33,506 nt of DNA from Lysobacterales bacterium (GCA_038248775.1 JBBRXD010000001.1:1-33506), one strand, 5' to 3'; counted from the stretch's first letter, positions 18,093-26,832 are shown. Program-made: numbers and translations. The notes: generated by a model not told the origin, from the letters alone.

Positions 18093-19034
18093 GTGAGCGC
18101 GGCCCACGGGGGCGATGAGGCACCGGCCGAGGGCCTGGTCAGCGCGATCATCATTTTCCTCGATGCCGAGCGCTTCCTGGCCGAGGCGATCGACAGCGTG
18201 CTGGCCCAGACCCATGCGCAGATCGAGCTGTTGCTTGTGGACGACGGCTCACAGGATGGCAGTGCGGGGATCGCCAGCGGCTACGCGTCCAGCCGACCCG
18301 ACCAGGTCAAACTGCTTCGCCACCCGGGCGGCGCCAATCTGGGGATGAGCGCCTCGAGTAACCTCGGCTTGCGGCACGCGCGAGGGGAATTCGTCGCCTT
18401 CCTGGACGCGGATGACACGTGGCTTGCCGGCAAGTCGGCCGCTCAGGTTGCCATCCTGCGCGAGGGACCGGAACTCGGCGCCGTGTACGGGCGCACCCAG
18501 ATCTGGCACAGCTGGGACGCCGCTGCGACGACCGCCGATTTTTTCTATCCGCTCGGCGTAGAGCCCGACCGGACCCACCCGCCGCCTGTGTTGTTCTCCA
18601 ATTTGCTGGAGAACCGGTTCCAATCGCCAACTACCTGCAATGCGATGGTCCGCACGGCGGTTGCGCGCGCATTGGGCGGGTTTGAAGACCGGTTTCGCGC
18701 CATGTACGAGGATCAGGCCTTCTTCGCCAAGCTGTTGCTCGCATCTTCCGTGCATGTATCCAGCGCGTACTGGGCGCGCTACCGACAGCACTCTGGCAAC
18801 AGCGGCAACCACTACGATCCGGCGCATTACTTCAGTGACCGGCAACCACTATTGCGCTTCGTGCGCGAGTACGCGCAATCTCGGACCGGATTGCTCGACG
18901 CCCGCGCGCGGTCGGTGCTCGTGCGCGAGGCATGGAAGGCGGAGCATCCCGCACTCGCCTTGCGTTGGCAGCGCTGCCGGGGCTGGTGGCAACGCACCCG
19001 CCGCGCACTCGAGATGCGCTTTCGGCCCGGCTAA
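18093..19034 (+). CDS. Glycosyltransferase family 2
   Basis: LVSAIIIFLD, LVDDGSQD, FLDADDTW, YEDQAF, RYRQH; start uncertain (GTG 18093 chosen). Confidence 0.88.
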   Translation: MSAAHGGDEAPAEGLVSAIIIFLDAERFLAEAIDSVLAQTHAQIELLLVDDGSQDGSAGIASGYASSRPDQVKLLRHPGGANLGMSASSNLGLRHARGEFVAFLDADDTWLAGKSAAQVAILREGPELGAVYGRTQIWHSWDAAATTADFFYPLGVEPDRTHPPPVLFSNLLENRFQSPTTCNAMVRTAVARALGGFEDRFRAMYEDQAFFAKLLLASSVHVSSAYWARYRQHSGNSGNHYDPAHYFSDRQPLLRFVREYAQSRTGLLDARARSVLVREAWKAEHPALALRWQRCRGWWQRTRRALEMRFRPG

Positions 19035-19037
19035 GGA

Positions 19038-19560
19038 CTATATCGGAAGGCGGTGCAGGCGGCCGGGGTCGGGCAGTTCCAGGTCCGTCTCCGAAAGGCC
19101 AAGCCGATTGCCATGCCAGCCCCGGTCCAGATCGCCCTGCGCGAAGACGCGGCCTGCGTATTTTTCGATCGCCTGTCTCTGCGACAGCACGATGCAGTGG
19201 CGCAGCACGAAAGCCTCCGGAAACAGGCGCAATCCCCCGCCGGCCAGCACGTGGCCGCCGGACGACATGTTTTCCAGGTCATCATCGCGCCGCCTGGCAC
19301 GCATCAGCCGGTCGGCTGAAGGGGCGAAAGAGTAATAACCAAGGGTCAGGCGCACGTCGGAGGGAGGATGTTCGCCCGGCTCCGGCAGGAAGACGAACTC
19401 CTCGAACCCCAGTCGCCGGGCCAAGGCAGGTGTTCGATCGCGACCACGCCGCGCCCCGGGTGACGTTTGCAGATGTCCAGGCTGCCGTCGGTGGATCCGT
19501 GGTCGATGACCGCCACGTCGATGCCGTCGTCAATTAATTGCGCGAGCGCCGTCCTTCCCC
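19038..19560 (-). pseudogene. GT2 (Glyco_tranf_2_4 type) pseudogene
   Basis: One frame gives LIDDGIDVAVIDHGSTDGS...IEHLPWPGD; a different frame continues GFEEFVFLP...SGGH...FVLRHCIVLS...GWHGNR. The DxD-bearing middle and the start are missing; frame switch near 19410. Confidence 0.75.
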
Positions 19561-19757
19561 TGCAAGCGATGCATCCCGGACTCCTCCGCCTGCGCAGCAC
19601 CCCTGGGTGGAGGGCCACGCCAATCCGCGCGAATCGCGCGATTCCGGAATAATGCACCCCCCTTGCCCCCGCAGTCACCCCGCGGCTTCGATGGACCCGA
19701 ATTTATCCGCGCCGACTTGCGGCAGCAGGAAATCACAGGGTCATTACACTAGGCAGC

Positions 19758-20762
19758 ATGACCGGACCCATGCGCGAAATCAGCGACATCACGACCAGTA
19801 CGCTCAGCGAGGAGATCCTGACGTCCACGCAGCCATTGCTGCTGCGTGGTCTGGTCGCAGATTGGCCACTGGTGCAGGCTGGGTTGCAATCGGCGCAGGC
19901 GGCGTCCAGCTACCTGCTTCGCTTCTACGGTGGCGCGCCGATGATCACCAAGCTGGCCGCGCCCGACACCGGCGGCCGCTATTTCTACAACCAGGACATG
20001 ACCGGATTCAATTTCCGCAATGACCACTACCGGTTGTACGAAGTGCTGGCTGCCATCGAAAAACATGCCAGCGAAGCCGTGCCGCCCGCGATCTATGTTG
20101 GCGCGACGGCCGTGGATACCTGGTTGCCTGGACTGCGCGCTGAAAACGACCTGGCGCTTGGCGAGCGCCAGCCCCTGGTAAGCATCTGGATCGGCAACCG
20201 CAGCCGCATTGCCGCGCACCATGATGTGCCCGACAACATCGCCTGCGTGGCGGTGGGCCATCGCAGGTTCACGGTATTTCCGCCGCAGCAGGTCGAGAAC
20301 CTGTACATCGGCCCGCTGGATTTCAATCCGGCAGGCCAAGCGGTGAGCCTGGTGGATTTTGCAAACCCGGACTTCAACCAGCATCCGCGCTTCGCCGAAG
20401 CGCTCAACCATGCCCAGATTGCCGAGCTTGGTCCCGGCGATGCGATCTTCATTCCCAGCCTGTGGTGGCACCACGTCGAGGCGCTGGACAATTTCAACGT
20501 GCTGGTCAATTACTGGTGGCGCAAGTCGCCCGATTACCTTGGTTCACCGACCGTCGCCTTGATGCACGGCATCCTGAGCCTGCGCGACCTGCCGCCGGAA
20601 CAGCGCGAGGCCTGGCACGCGATGTTTCGTCACTACGTGTTCGAAGCCAATGAGCAAACGGCCGCGCACATTCCGCCCGACGCACGCAGCGCGCTGGCGC
20701 CACTCGATGCCGACGGGGCGCAAGCCTTGCTCGCGCAGATTGTCAAACGACTTGGACGCTAG
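19758..20762 (+). CDS. Cupin-like JmjC domain (Cupin_8) Fe(II)/2-oxoglutarate oxygenase-like protein
   Basis: PLLLRGLVADWP, IWIGN, AHHDVPDN (HxD), LGPGDAIFIPSLWWHHVE (distal His), NVLVNYWW. Confidence 0.9.
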   Translation: MTGPMREISDITTSTLSEEILTSTQPLLLRGLVADWPLVQAGLQSAQAASSYLLRFYGGAPMITKLAAPDTGGRYFYNQDMTGFNFRNDHYRLYEVLAAIEKHASEAVPPAIYVGATAVDTWLPGLRAENDLALGERQPLVSIWIGNRSRIAAHHDVPDNIACVAVGHRRFTVFPPQQVENLYIGPLDFNPAGQAVSLVDFANPDFNQHPRFAEALNHAQIAELGPGDAIFIPSLWWHHVEALDNFNVLVNYWWRKSPDYLGSPTVALMHGILSLRDLPPEQREAWHAMFRHYVFEANEQTAAHIPPDARSALAPLDADGAQALLAQIVKRLGR

Positions 20763-20828
20763 CTGGAAAGCCCGCGCTTTGCACAAGGCGGTCAATGGCC
20801 GCATCTTGAGGGGGCGGCTGGATCGGGT

Positions 20829-22112
20829 CTAGCCAGGCAATGCCAGCGCACGCTCCAGCAAAGCCATGCCTTCATGCAGGACGGCGTCGGAAATGGTCAG
20901 CGGAAACAGCAGGCGAATCGCCTCGCCCTGGCTGCCGCAGCCAAGTACGATCAGGCCCAGCGCCTGCGCCTGCTTGACCACCGCCTGGGTGGCGGGCGGA
21001 TCCAGTTCGTCGCCGTCGGCCGCCTTGAGCAGGTCGAAGGCAATCATCGAACCCAGGGCGCGGACATGGCCGATCGGTCGCAAGTCACGGCGACTGGACC
21101 ATTCGAGCAACTGCGCGACCACGCGCTCGCCCAATGCGCTGGCGCGTGCGCACAGCTGTTCGTCCTCGATCACATCCAGCACCGCCAGCGCGGCTGCGCA
21201 GCCAACTGGCGAGCCGGCGTAGGTGCCGCCCAAGCCACCCGGCTCGACCGCGTCCATCAGCGCGGCGCGGCCAATCACGCCGGCCAGCGGGAAACCACCG
21301 CCAAGCGACTTGGCCACCGTCACCAGGTCCGGCTGTACGCCCGAAGACTCGATGCCGAACATGTGGCCGGTGCGCGCGAAACCTGACTGCACTTCGTCCA
21401 CGATCAGCACGATGCCGTACTTGTCGCAGATCTCGCGCAAGGCCTTCAGCAAATCCGGTGGCGCGACGAAGAAGCCGCCCTCACCCTGCACCGGTTCAAT
21501 GATGATCGCCGCGACTTCCTCGGCGGCGACATCGGCTTTGAACAGCATATGCAATGCCGCCAGGCTGTCGTCCACGCTGACGCCGGCATGGGCGATCGGG
21601 AAGGGCAGGTGGTAGACGCCGCCGGGCAGCGGGCCGAAGCCGCGCTTGTACGGAAGCGTCTTGCCGGTCAGGGACATGGCCATGAAGCTGCGGCCATGGA
21701 AGGCACCGGTGAAGGCGATGACGGCCGAACGCCGGGTCGCGACACGGGCGATCTTGACCGCGTTTTCAACCGCTTCAGCACCGGTCGAAAACAGGATCGT
21801 CTTGGCCGGCCCGTCGAAGGGCGCCAAGGCATTCAAGCGCTCGGCCAATACCACGTAGGGTTCGTAGGCTGAGACCTGGAACGCGGTGTGTGTGTACTTG
21901 TCCAGTTGCGCATGCGCGGCAGCGATCACCCGGGGATGTCGGTGGCCGACATTGAGCACCGCGATGCCGGCGGCGAAGTCGATGAAGCGCCGGCCTTCGA
22001 CGTCCCACAGTTCCGAATTCTCGGCGCGTTCGGCAAACACGGTCATCGCGGTGGCGACACCACGGGGGACGGCGGCAGCGCGCCGTTGCAGCAGATCGTT
22101 ATTGGTGGCCAT
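20829..22112 (-). CDS. gabT: 4-aminobutyrate--2-oxoglutarate transaminase
   Basis: RRAAAVPRGV, IDFAAGIAVLNVGHRHP, TGAEAVENAVKIAR, EPVQGEGGF, DEVQSGFARTG, AKSLGGG (PLP Lys), GGTYAGSP; ATG 22112 with AGGA RBS. Confidence 0.94.
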   Translation of the reverse strand: MATNNDLLQRRAAAVPRGVATAMTVFAERAENSELWDVEGRRFIDFAAGIAVLNVGHRHPRVIAAAHAQLDKYTHTAFQVSAYEPYVVLAERLNALAPFDGPAKTILFSTGAEAVENAVKIARVATRRSAVIAFTGAFHGRSFMAMSLTGKTLPYKRGFGPLPGGVYHLPFPIAHAGVSVDDSLAALHMLFKADVAAEEVAAIIIEPVQGEGGFFVAPPDLLKALREICDKYGIVLIVDEVQSGFARTGHMFGIESSGVQPDLVTVAKSLGGGFPLAGVIGRAALMDAVEPGGLGGTYAGSPVGCAAALAVLDVIEDEQLCARASALGERVVAQLLEWSSRRDLRPIGHVRALGSMIAFDLLKAADGDELDPPATQAVVKQAQALGLIVLGCGSQGEAIRLLFPLTISDAVLHEGMALLERALALPG

Positions 22113-22256
22113 GGCCGAGTCCTGGAAAATGATCAGCCTGCGGGCAGGCACAGCGACATCATAGGGCCAGCCCCCATTAGCTGGACGAAGCCCCTGGACA
22201 TCTCCACCATCGCGCCGCTGCAGATTGGTTACGTTGAGGCTTCGGCAGCCGACTTT

Positions 22257-22309
22257 TGTCCAAGTTTTCGCCATGTCCACTATTTATGGACAAAGCTATT
22301 ATCCGGACA
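22257..22309. promoter_or_regulatory. Four-box inverted-repeat operator A (probable AbiEi site)
   Basis: TGTCCA-N11-TGTCCA-N7-TGGACA-N11-CGGACA. Confidence 0.7.
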
Positions 22310-22361
22310 GATGCGCTAACTAACTGAAAAGAATAGCTAAATTTCCCGCTTGAAATCAACA

Positions 22362-22414
22362 TGTCCAATATTGACATCTGTCCAATAATGATGGACAAAT
22401 ACATATTATGGACA
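22362..22414. promoter_or_regulatory. Four-box inverted-repeat operator B overlapping the abiEi promoter and start codon
   Basis: TGTCCA-N11-TGTCCA-N7-TGGACA-N11-TGGACA; contains TTGACA (22371-22376) and ATG 22408. Confidence 0.8.
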
Positions 22415-23415
22415 TGAACCGGGAAAACATCGTGCTCGCCCGAGCCCTGGCGGCTTTGGAGCGCTTGGGAATTCAGGGTATGCCTCTGGCGCAGGACCTG
22501 CCCGGAGCGGGCGCCGACGCCCGGCTGCGGCTGCGCTTCGGGGGCGCCGAAGTCGAGTATCTGGTGGAGATAAAGCGCCAGCTGCATCCGGCTACGCTGG
22601 GGGCCGCCCTGGCCCAACTCGCGCGCTACCCCGACCGGCGCCTGCTGGTAACCGAGTACATGACCCCGCCCATGGCCGAGCAGCTGCGCGAGCAGGGCGT
22701 GGAGTTCATCGACACGGCCGGCAACGCCTGGCTCGACCAGCCTCCCCTTCTGGTATGGGTGAAGGGCCAGCGCCCACCAGGCCTGCCAGCGCAGACCCAC
22801 CGCCAGGGGCGCGCCTTCCAGAACACGGGCCTGCAAGTGATGTTCGTACTGCTATGCCGGCCGGAGGCGGCGAACTTGCCCTATCGGGAGATCGCCACAC
22901 TCGCTGGGGTCGCGCACGGAACCGTGGGCTGGGTGATGCCTGAGCTGATCAAGCTGGGCTACCTGGTGGAGATCAACAAGAAACGCCGCGTGGTCAACGG
23001 CGAACGCATGCTCAAACAATGGGTGGATGCCTACCTGCAGCGGATGCGGCCGAAGTTGCTGCTGGGGCGATACGCAGCGAAGTTGCTGGACTGGACCAAC
23101 CAGTTGGCAGTGGACAAGTACGACCTGAAGTGGGGAGGGGAGGTGGCGGCATTTCAAATCACCCGCTTCATGAATGCAGGCGCTGTGACGTTCTACGGAG
23201 ATAAGGTGCCGACACAGTTGCTGATCGACCTGAAACTACGCCCCGACCCCGAGGGCAATGTGGAAATCCTCAAGCGCTTCTGGGCATTCGACGATGCCCG
23301 ACCCGGCCTGGTGCCTGACATTCTGATTTATGCCGACCTGCTGGCCACCGGTGACGCCCGCTGCCTGGAGGCGGCACAGCAACTTTACGGTGGCATCCTT
23401 GCTCGACTTGAGTAA
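22408..23415 (+). CDS. Type IV toxin-antitoxin antitoxin, AbiEi family (AbiEi_2-like)
   Basis: YLVEIKR, LREQGVEFIDTAGNAWL, central HTH PYREIATLAGVAHGTVGWVMPEL, WGGEVAA, ILIYADLLATGDARCLEAA; overlaps a downstream nucleotidyltransferase. Confidence 0.85.
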   Translation: MDMNRENIVLARALAALERLGIQGMPLAQDLPGAGADARLRLRFGGAEVEYLVEIKRQLHPATLGAALAQLARYPDRRLLVTEYMTPPMAEQLREQGVEFIDTAGNAWLDQPPLLVWVKGQRPPGLPAQTHRQGRAFQNTGLQVMFVLLCRPEAANLPYREIATLAGVAHGTVGWVMPELIKLGYLVEINKKRRVVNGERMLKQWVDAYLQRMRPKLLLGRYAAKLLDWTNQLAVDKYDLKWGGEVAAFQITRFMNAGAVTFYGDKVPTQLLIDLKLRPDPEGNVEILKRFWAFDDARPGLVPDILIYADLLATGDARCLEAAQQLYGGILARLE

Positions 23416-24253
23416 TCGCCGCGAGCTCGCCGACCTGGCCCAACTGGTGGCGGCGATTCGCCTCGCGTCGCCGACGCGGGAGCTGCTCCTGGTTGGGGCG
23501 ACAGCGCGCGACATCCATCTGTGGTACCAGCACAAGATCGTGATCGAGCGCGCCACCTTCGATATGGACTTTGCCATTGCAGTTGGCGACTGGCCTGAAT
23601 ACCTCGATCTGCGGCAGCAGCTGATCGACTCCGGCGCCTTCTCCGACGAGCAGGGCACGCTGCATCGGTTGATATTGAAACCGGCGATCAAGCTTGATCT
23701 GATTCCTTTTGGTGGCGTGGAGCGGGAAGATCGGACGATCGCGTGGCCACCCAACCAGGACGAGGTGATGTCCTTGATTGGCTACCGTGAAGCGATGCTT
23801 GACTCGGTGCCGGTGCTGCTTCCGGACAATCAGAAGATCAACGTGGTGACCCTGCCCGCGCTGGCCTTGCTCAAGCTGTTCGCTTGGCAGGATCGGCGAA
23901 GGCGCAGCCCCGGCAAGGACGCCCAAGATCTCGCCTCTGTCCTTTACCACTATCTCGAAGCAGGAAACGAGGATCGGCTCTATACCCAATTCACCCACTT
24001 GTTTGACTCGCCCGATTACGACTACCTCGCGGCCGGAGCCTGGATGTTGGGGGCCGACATGCGCTTGTTGTTGGACGATGATGGTGAGGGTCTTGCAATG
24101 CATGCGGCCATGAAGCTACTGGAGCCGCAAGTGGATCCCGATGGTCGTCTGCATTTGGCTACGGACATGGGACCGATTAAGGCGGCACAGTCGCTGAAGC
24201 TTCTCTCGGCAATGCTGGCGGGACTGGCCGGGAGGACGTCGCCATGGCGATAG
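23390..24253 (+). CDS. Type IV toxin-antitoxin toxin, AbiEii-like nucleotidyltransferase
   Basis: LVGATARD...RATFDMDFAI (pol-beta NTase GA...DxD), LDLIPFGGVE, LKLFAWQDR, KDAQDL; start uncertain (GTG 23390), overlapping the antitoxin 3' end. Confidence 0.85.
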   Translation: MASLLDLSNRRELADLAQLVAAIRLASPTRELLLVGATARDIHLWYQHKIVIERATFDMDFAIAVGDWPEYLDLRQQLIDSGAFSDEQGTLHRLILKPAIKLDLIPFGGVEREDRTIAWPPNQDEVMSLIGYREAMLDSVPVLLPDNQKINVVTLPALALLKLFAWQDRRRRSPGKDAQDLASVLYHYLEAGNEDRLYTQFTHLFDSPDYDYLAAGAWMLGADMRLLLDDDGEGLAMHAAMKLLEPQVDPDGRLHLATDMGPIKAAQSLKLLSAMLAGLAGRTSPWR

Positions 24254-24290
24254 GCTCCGATGCCACTCGCCGCGTTCTGAAAGGGGCGGT

Positions 24291-25313
24291 CTAGCTGGCG
24301 CGCTTTGGCGCTGGCCCGGTCGAGCGCCGCATCTGCAAGGTATAGGGCACCCGCAGCAAACCTCCGGATCCGGGATTCTGCACTTCATTCAAGAGGGCGA
24401 GTGTGGCCAGGCGACCCATCTCGTGGGTAGGTTGGTGCACGGTGGTCAGTGGCGGAAAGATGTTGAGCGACAGCGGCGTGTCGTCGAAGCCGCAGATTGA
24501 AATATCCTCGGGCACACGCATCTGGCGATCCAGCGCAACCCGGATGACGCCGGCGGCCATGTCGTCGTTGGCTGCGAATACGGCGCTGGGCGGACGCTTC
24601 AGCGCGAGCAGGCGCTCAGCCGCGTGCATGCCCGACTCGAAGGTGAATTCGCCCTGCACCACCAGGCTCGGGTCGAGCTTGATGCCGGCATGTTCCAGGC
24701 CCTGCTTGTAACCAGTCAGCCGCCAGGCACTGGCGCCATGGGCCGGGGGGCCGACGATATGCGCGATGCGCTTGTGCCCCAGCGAAGCCAGGTGCACGAC
24801 CATGTCGAACGCGGCCTGGGTTTCATCCATGGCCACGCACACGCCGCGCTTCTGCACTTTTGGCGAGATGCTGGCGAAGGGGATGTCCAACTCCGCCAAG
24901 CGCTTGAGCAGGCTCGGTGAGTCGGTGATCGGCGGCGTCAGGATCAGGCCATCCGGGCGCGAGCGCGCGATCACGGCTTCAACGCCAGCCAGCAGCTTCG
25001 GGCCGTCCGGCTCCAGCGGGCAGAGCAGCATGTTGTAGTGTTGGGTTTGGCACCCTTCGAGCACGCCACCCATCACTTCCATCAGATAGTTGGCGGAAGG
25101 ATTGTTGTAGATCAGCGCGACCAGGTAACTCTTGTTGCCTGCCAAGCTGCGCGCGGAATGGTTGGGAATATATTTGAGCCGATCCACGGCGCGCATCACT
25201 TCGGCGCGCGTGTCCTCGCGAACATTGGGCTCCCGGTTTAGGACGCGGGACACAGTCTTCATGGATACGCCGGCGGCTTCGGCCACGTCTTCGATTCGCA
25301 CCCTCGATGCCAT
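24291..25313 (-). CDS. LacI family transcriptional regulator
   Basis: IEDVAEAAGVSMKTVSRVLN HTH, YIPNHSARSLA hinge, FAANDDMAAG, VPEDISICGFDD, PPLTTVHQP; ATG 25313. Confidence 0.96.
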   Translation of the reverse strand: MASRVRIEDVAEAAGVSMKTVSRVLNREPNVREDTRAEVMRAVDRLKYIPNHSARSLAGNKSYLVALIYNNPSANYLMEVMGGVLEGCQTQHYNMLLCPLEPDGPKLLAGVEAVIARSRPDGLILTPPITDSPSLLKRLAELDIPFASISPKVQKRGVCVAMDETQAAFDMVVHLASLGHKRIAHIVGPPAHGASAWRLTGYKQGLEHAGIKLDPSLVVQGEFTFESGMHAAERLLALKRPPSAVFAANDDMAAGVIRVALDRQMRVPEDISICGFDDTPLSLNIFPPLTTVHQPTHEMGRLATLALLNEVQNPGSGGLLRVPYTLQMRRSTGPAPKRAS

Positions 25314-25323
25314 GTCCGCCCCC

Positions 25324-25337
25324 TGACAACGCTGTCT
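25324..25337. promoter_or_regulatory. LacI-type operator 1 (autoregulation)
   Basis: TGACAACGCTGTCT, between a minus-strand TATACT -10 box (25349-25354) and the lacI start. Confidence 0.8.
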
Positions 25338-25438
25338 GTTCGGCGTGGAGTATAGCCCCGGTGCTGCCGCGCGGAAGCACGGGACGAGCGCACGCTGCCG
25401 CCCTGGCCATGCTGCGCCGCCGCAATTGTCTGGCGCAA

Positions 25439-25452
25439 TGACAGCGCTATCA
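25439..25452. promoter_or_regulatory. LacI-type operator 2 (MFS permease)
   Basis: TGACAGCGCTATCA, ~60 nt before ATG 25511. Confidence 0.8.
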
Positions 25453-25510
25453 ATAGACCAGGATTTGTCACAGAATGCCCCCCAACGTGAACCCGGAGGG
25501 GAGATTCGCC

Positions 25511-26812
25511 ATGGAGTCTGTTTCGAGCAACGCCAGCGCCGTGGACACGGCGGCATCGGCCCACGACCACACCCGATCGCTGGTCATCGTGACCATGCTG
25601 TTTTTCATGTGGGGTTTGCTGACCTCCCTAAACGACGTGCTGATTCCCCACCTGAAGGCGATCTACACGCTCAACTACGTGCAGGCGATGCTGGTGCAGT
25701 TCTGCTTCTTCGGCGCCTATTTCATTGTCTCGCTTCCTGCTGGCGTGCTGATCAAACGAATCGGCTACCAGAACGGTGCGGTGGCCGGCCTGGTCATCGC
25801 CGCCATCGGTTGCGCGATGTTTTATCCAGCCGCGCAAAGCGGCTACGGGCTGTTCCTGGCCGGCTTTTTCGTGCTGGCCTCCGGCATCACCATCCTGCAG
25901 GTCGCGGCCAATCCCTATGTGACCGTGCTCGGTCCGCCCAAGACTGCGTCCAGCCGCCTGACCCTGACCCAGGCCTTCAATTCCCTGGGCACGACAGTGG
26001 GTCCGTTGTTCGGCGGCATCCTGATCCTGGCAGCCGCCGCACCGGCGGTGATGTCGGTTCCGGCAGGCGCGATGAGCGCCGCCGAGCAAGCCGCCTATCG
26101 CGCCAGCGAAGCGGCCAGCGTGCAGGTGCCGTACCTGATCCTGGCCGGCCTGCTGCTGACCCTGGCCATTGTCTTTGCCTTCGCCAAGCTGCCGCGCATC
26201 ACCCATGCCGATGACGCCTTCACCCACGGCAGCGAGAACGTGAACCGCTCGATCTTCCACCATCGCAACTTGGTACTGGGTGCAATCGCGATCTTCCTGT
26301 ACGTGGGTGCCGAGGTGAGCATCGGCAGCTTCCTGATCAACTTCCTGGGCGAGAAGAACATCGCCGGCATGCCGCCGGCCGAGGCAGCCAAGTACGTCAG
26401 CTATTACTGGGGCCTGGCGATGGTCGGCCGTTTCATCGGCTTCGCGGTGATGCGCCATGTCAGTCCGGGCAAGACCCTGGCCTTCAATTCCGCCTGTGCG
26501 GCAGGACTGATCCTGGCCACGATCCTGGGCGACGGCCGCATGGCCATGTACACTATCCTGGGCGTGGGCCTGTTCAACTCGATCATGTTCCCGACTATTT
26601 TCAGCATGGCCTTGCACCGCCTGGGCAAGTTCACCGGCCAGGGTTCGGGTCTGTTGTGCATGGCCATTGTCGGCGGCGCCATCGTGCCCTTCGTGCAGGG
26701 CTTCTTCGCCGACCGAATTGGCATCCATATGTCGTTCTATGTGCCGATGGCCTGCTATGCCTTCATCCTGTTTTTCGGCATGAAGTACGCCCGTCTTTAC
26801 CACCACGCCTGA
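25511..26812 (+). CDS. Glucose/galactose MFS transporter (FucP/GluP family)
   Basis: LFFMWGLLTSLNDVLIPHLK, LQVAANPYV, SSRLTLTQAFNSLGTT, FLYVGAEVSIGS, NSIMFPTIF; GGAGG RBS. Confidence 0.95.
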   Translation: MESVSSNASAVDTAASAHDHTRSLVIVTMLFFMWGLLTSLNDVLIPHLKAIYTLNYVQAMLVQFCFFGAYFIVSLPAGVLIKRIGYQNGAVAGLVIAAIGCAMFYPAAQSGYGLFLAGFFVLASGITILQVAANPYVTVLGPPKTASSRLTLTQAFNSLGTTVGPLFGGILILAAAAPAVMSVPAGAMSAAEQAAYRASEAASVQVPYLILAGLLLTLAIVFAFAKLPRITHADDAFTHGSENVNRSIFHHRNLVLGAIAIFLYVGAEVSIGSFLINFLGEKNIAGMPPAEAAKYVSYYWGLAMVGRFIGFAVMRHVSPGKTLAFNSACAAGLILATILGDGRMAMYTILGVGLFNSIMFPTIFSMALHRLGKFTGQGSGLLCMAIVGGAIVPFVQGFFADRIGIHMSFYVPMACYAFILFFGMKYARLYHHA

Positions 26813-26832
26813 TCCGGCTTATTCCTGAGCGG

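Noticed and set aside
1944-19750. Integron cassette array explaining the mosaic island
   Set aside because: No integrase, genes lie in both orientations, and I found no paired RYYYAAC...GTTRRRY attC structures after the stops I examined.
22257-22414. CRISPR array or transposon end for the TGTCCA repeats
   Set aside because: Repeats are 6 bp, in inverted pairs with 7-11 bp spacers; no cas or transposase genes and no matching far end was found.
16868-25556. N-terminal extensions in the ORF track (16868, 17997, 22280, 23330, 25475, 25556; also 6087 and 12805)
   Set aside because: They lack family similarity and run over operators, remnants or neighbouring genes; downstream starts fit RBS and domain boundaries better.
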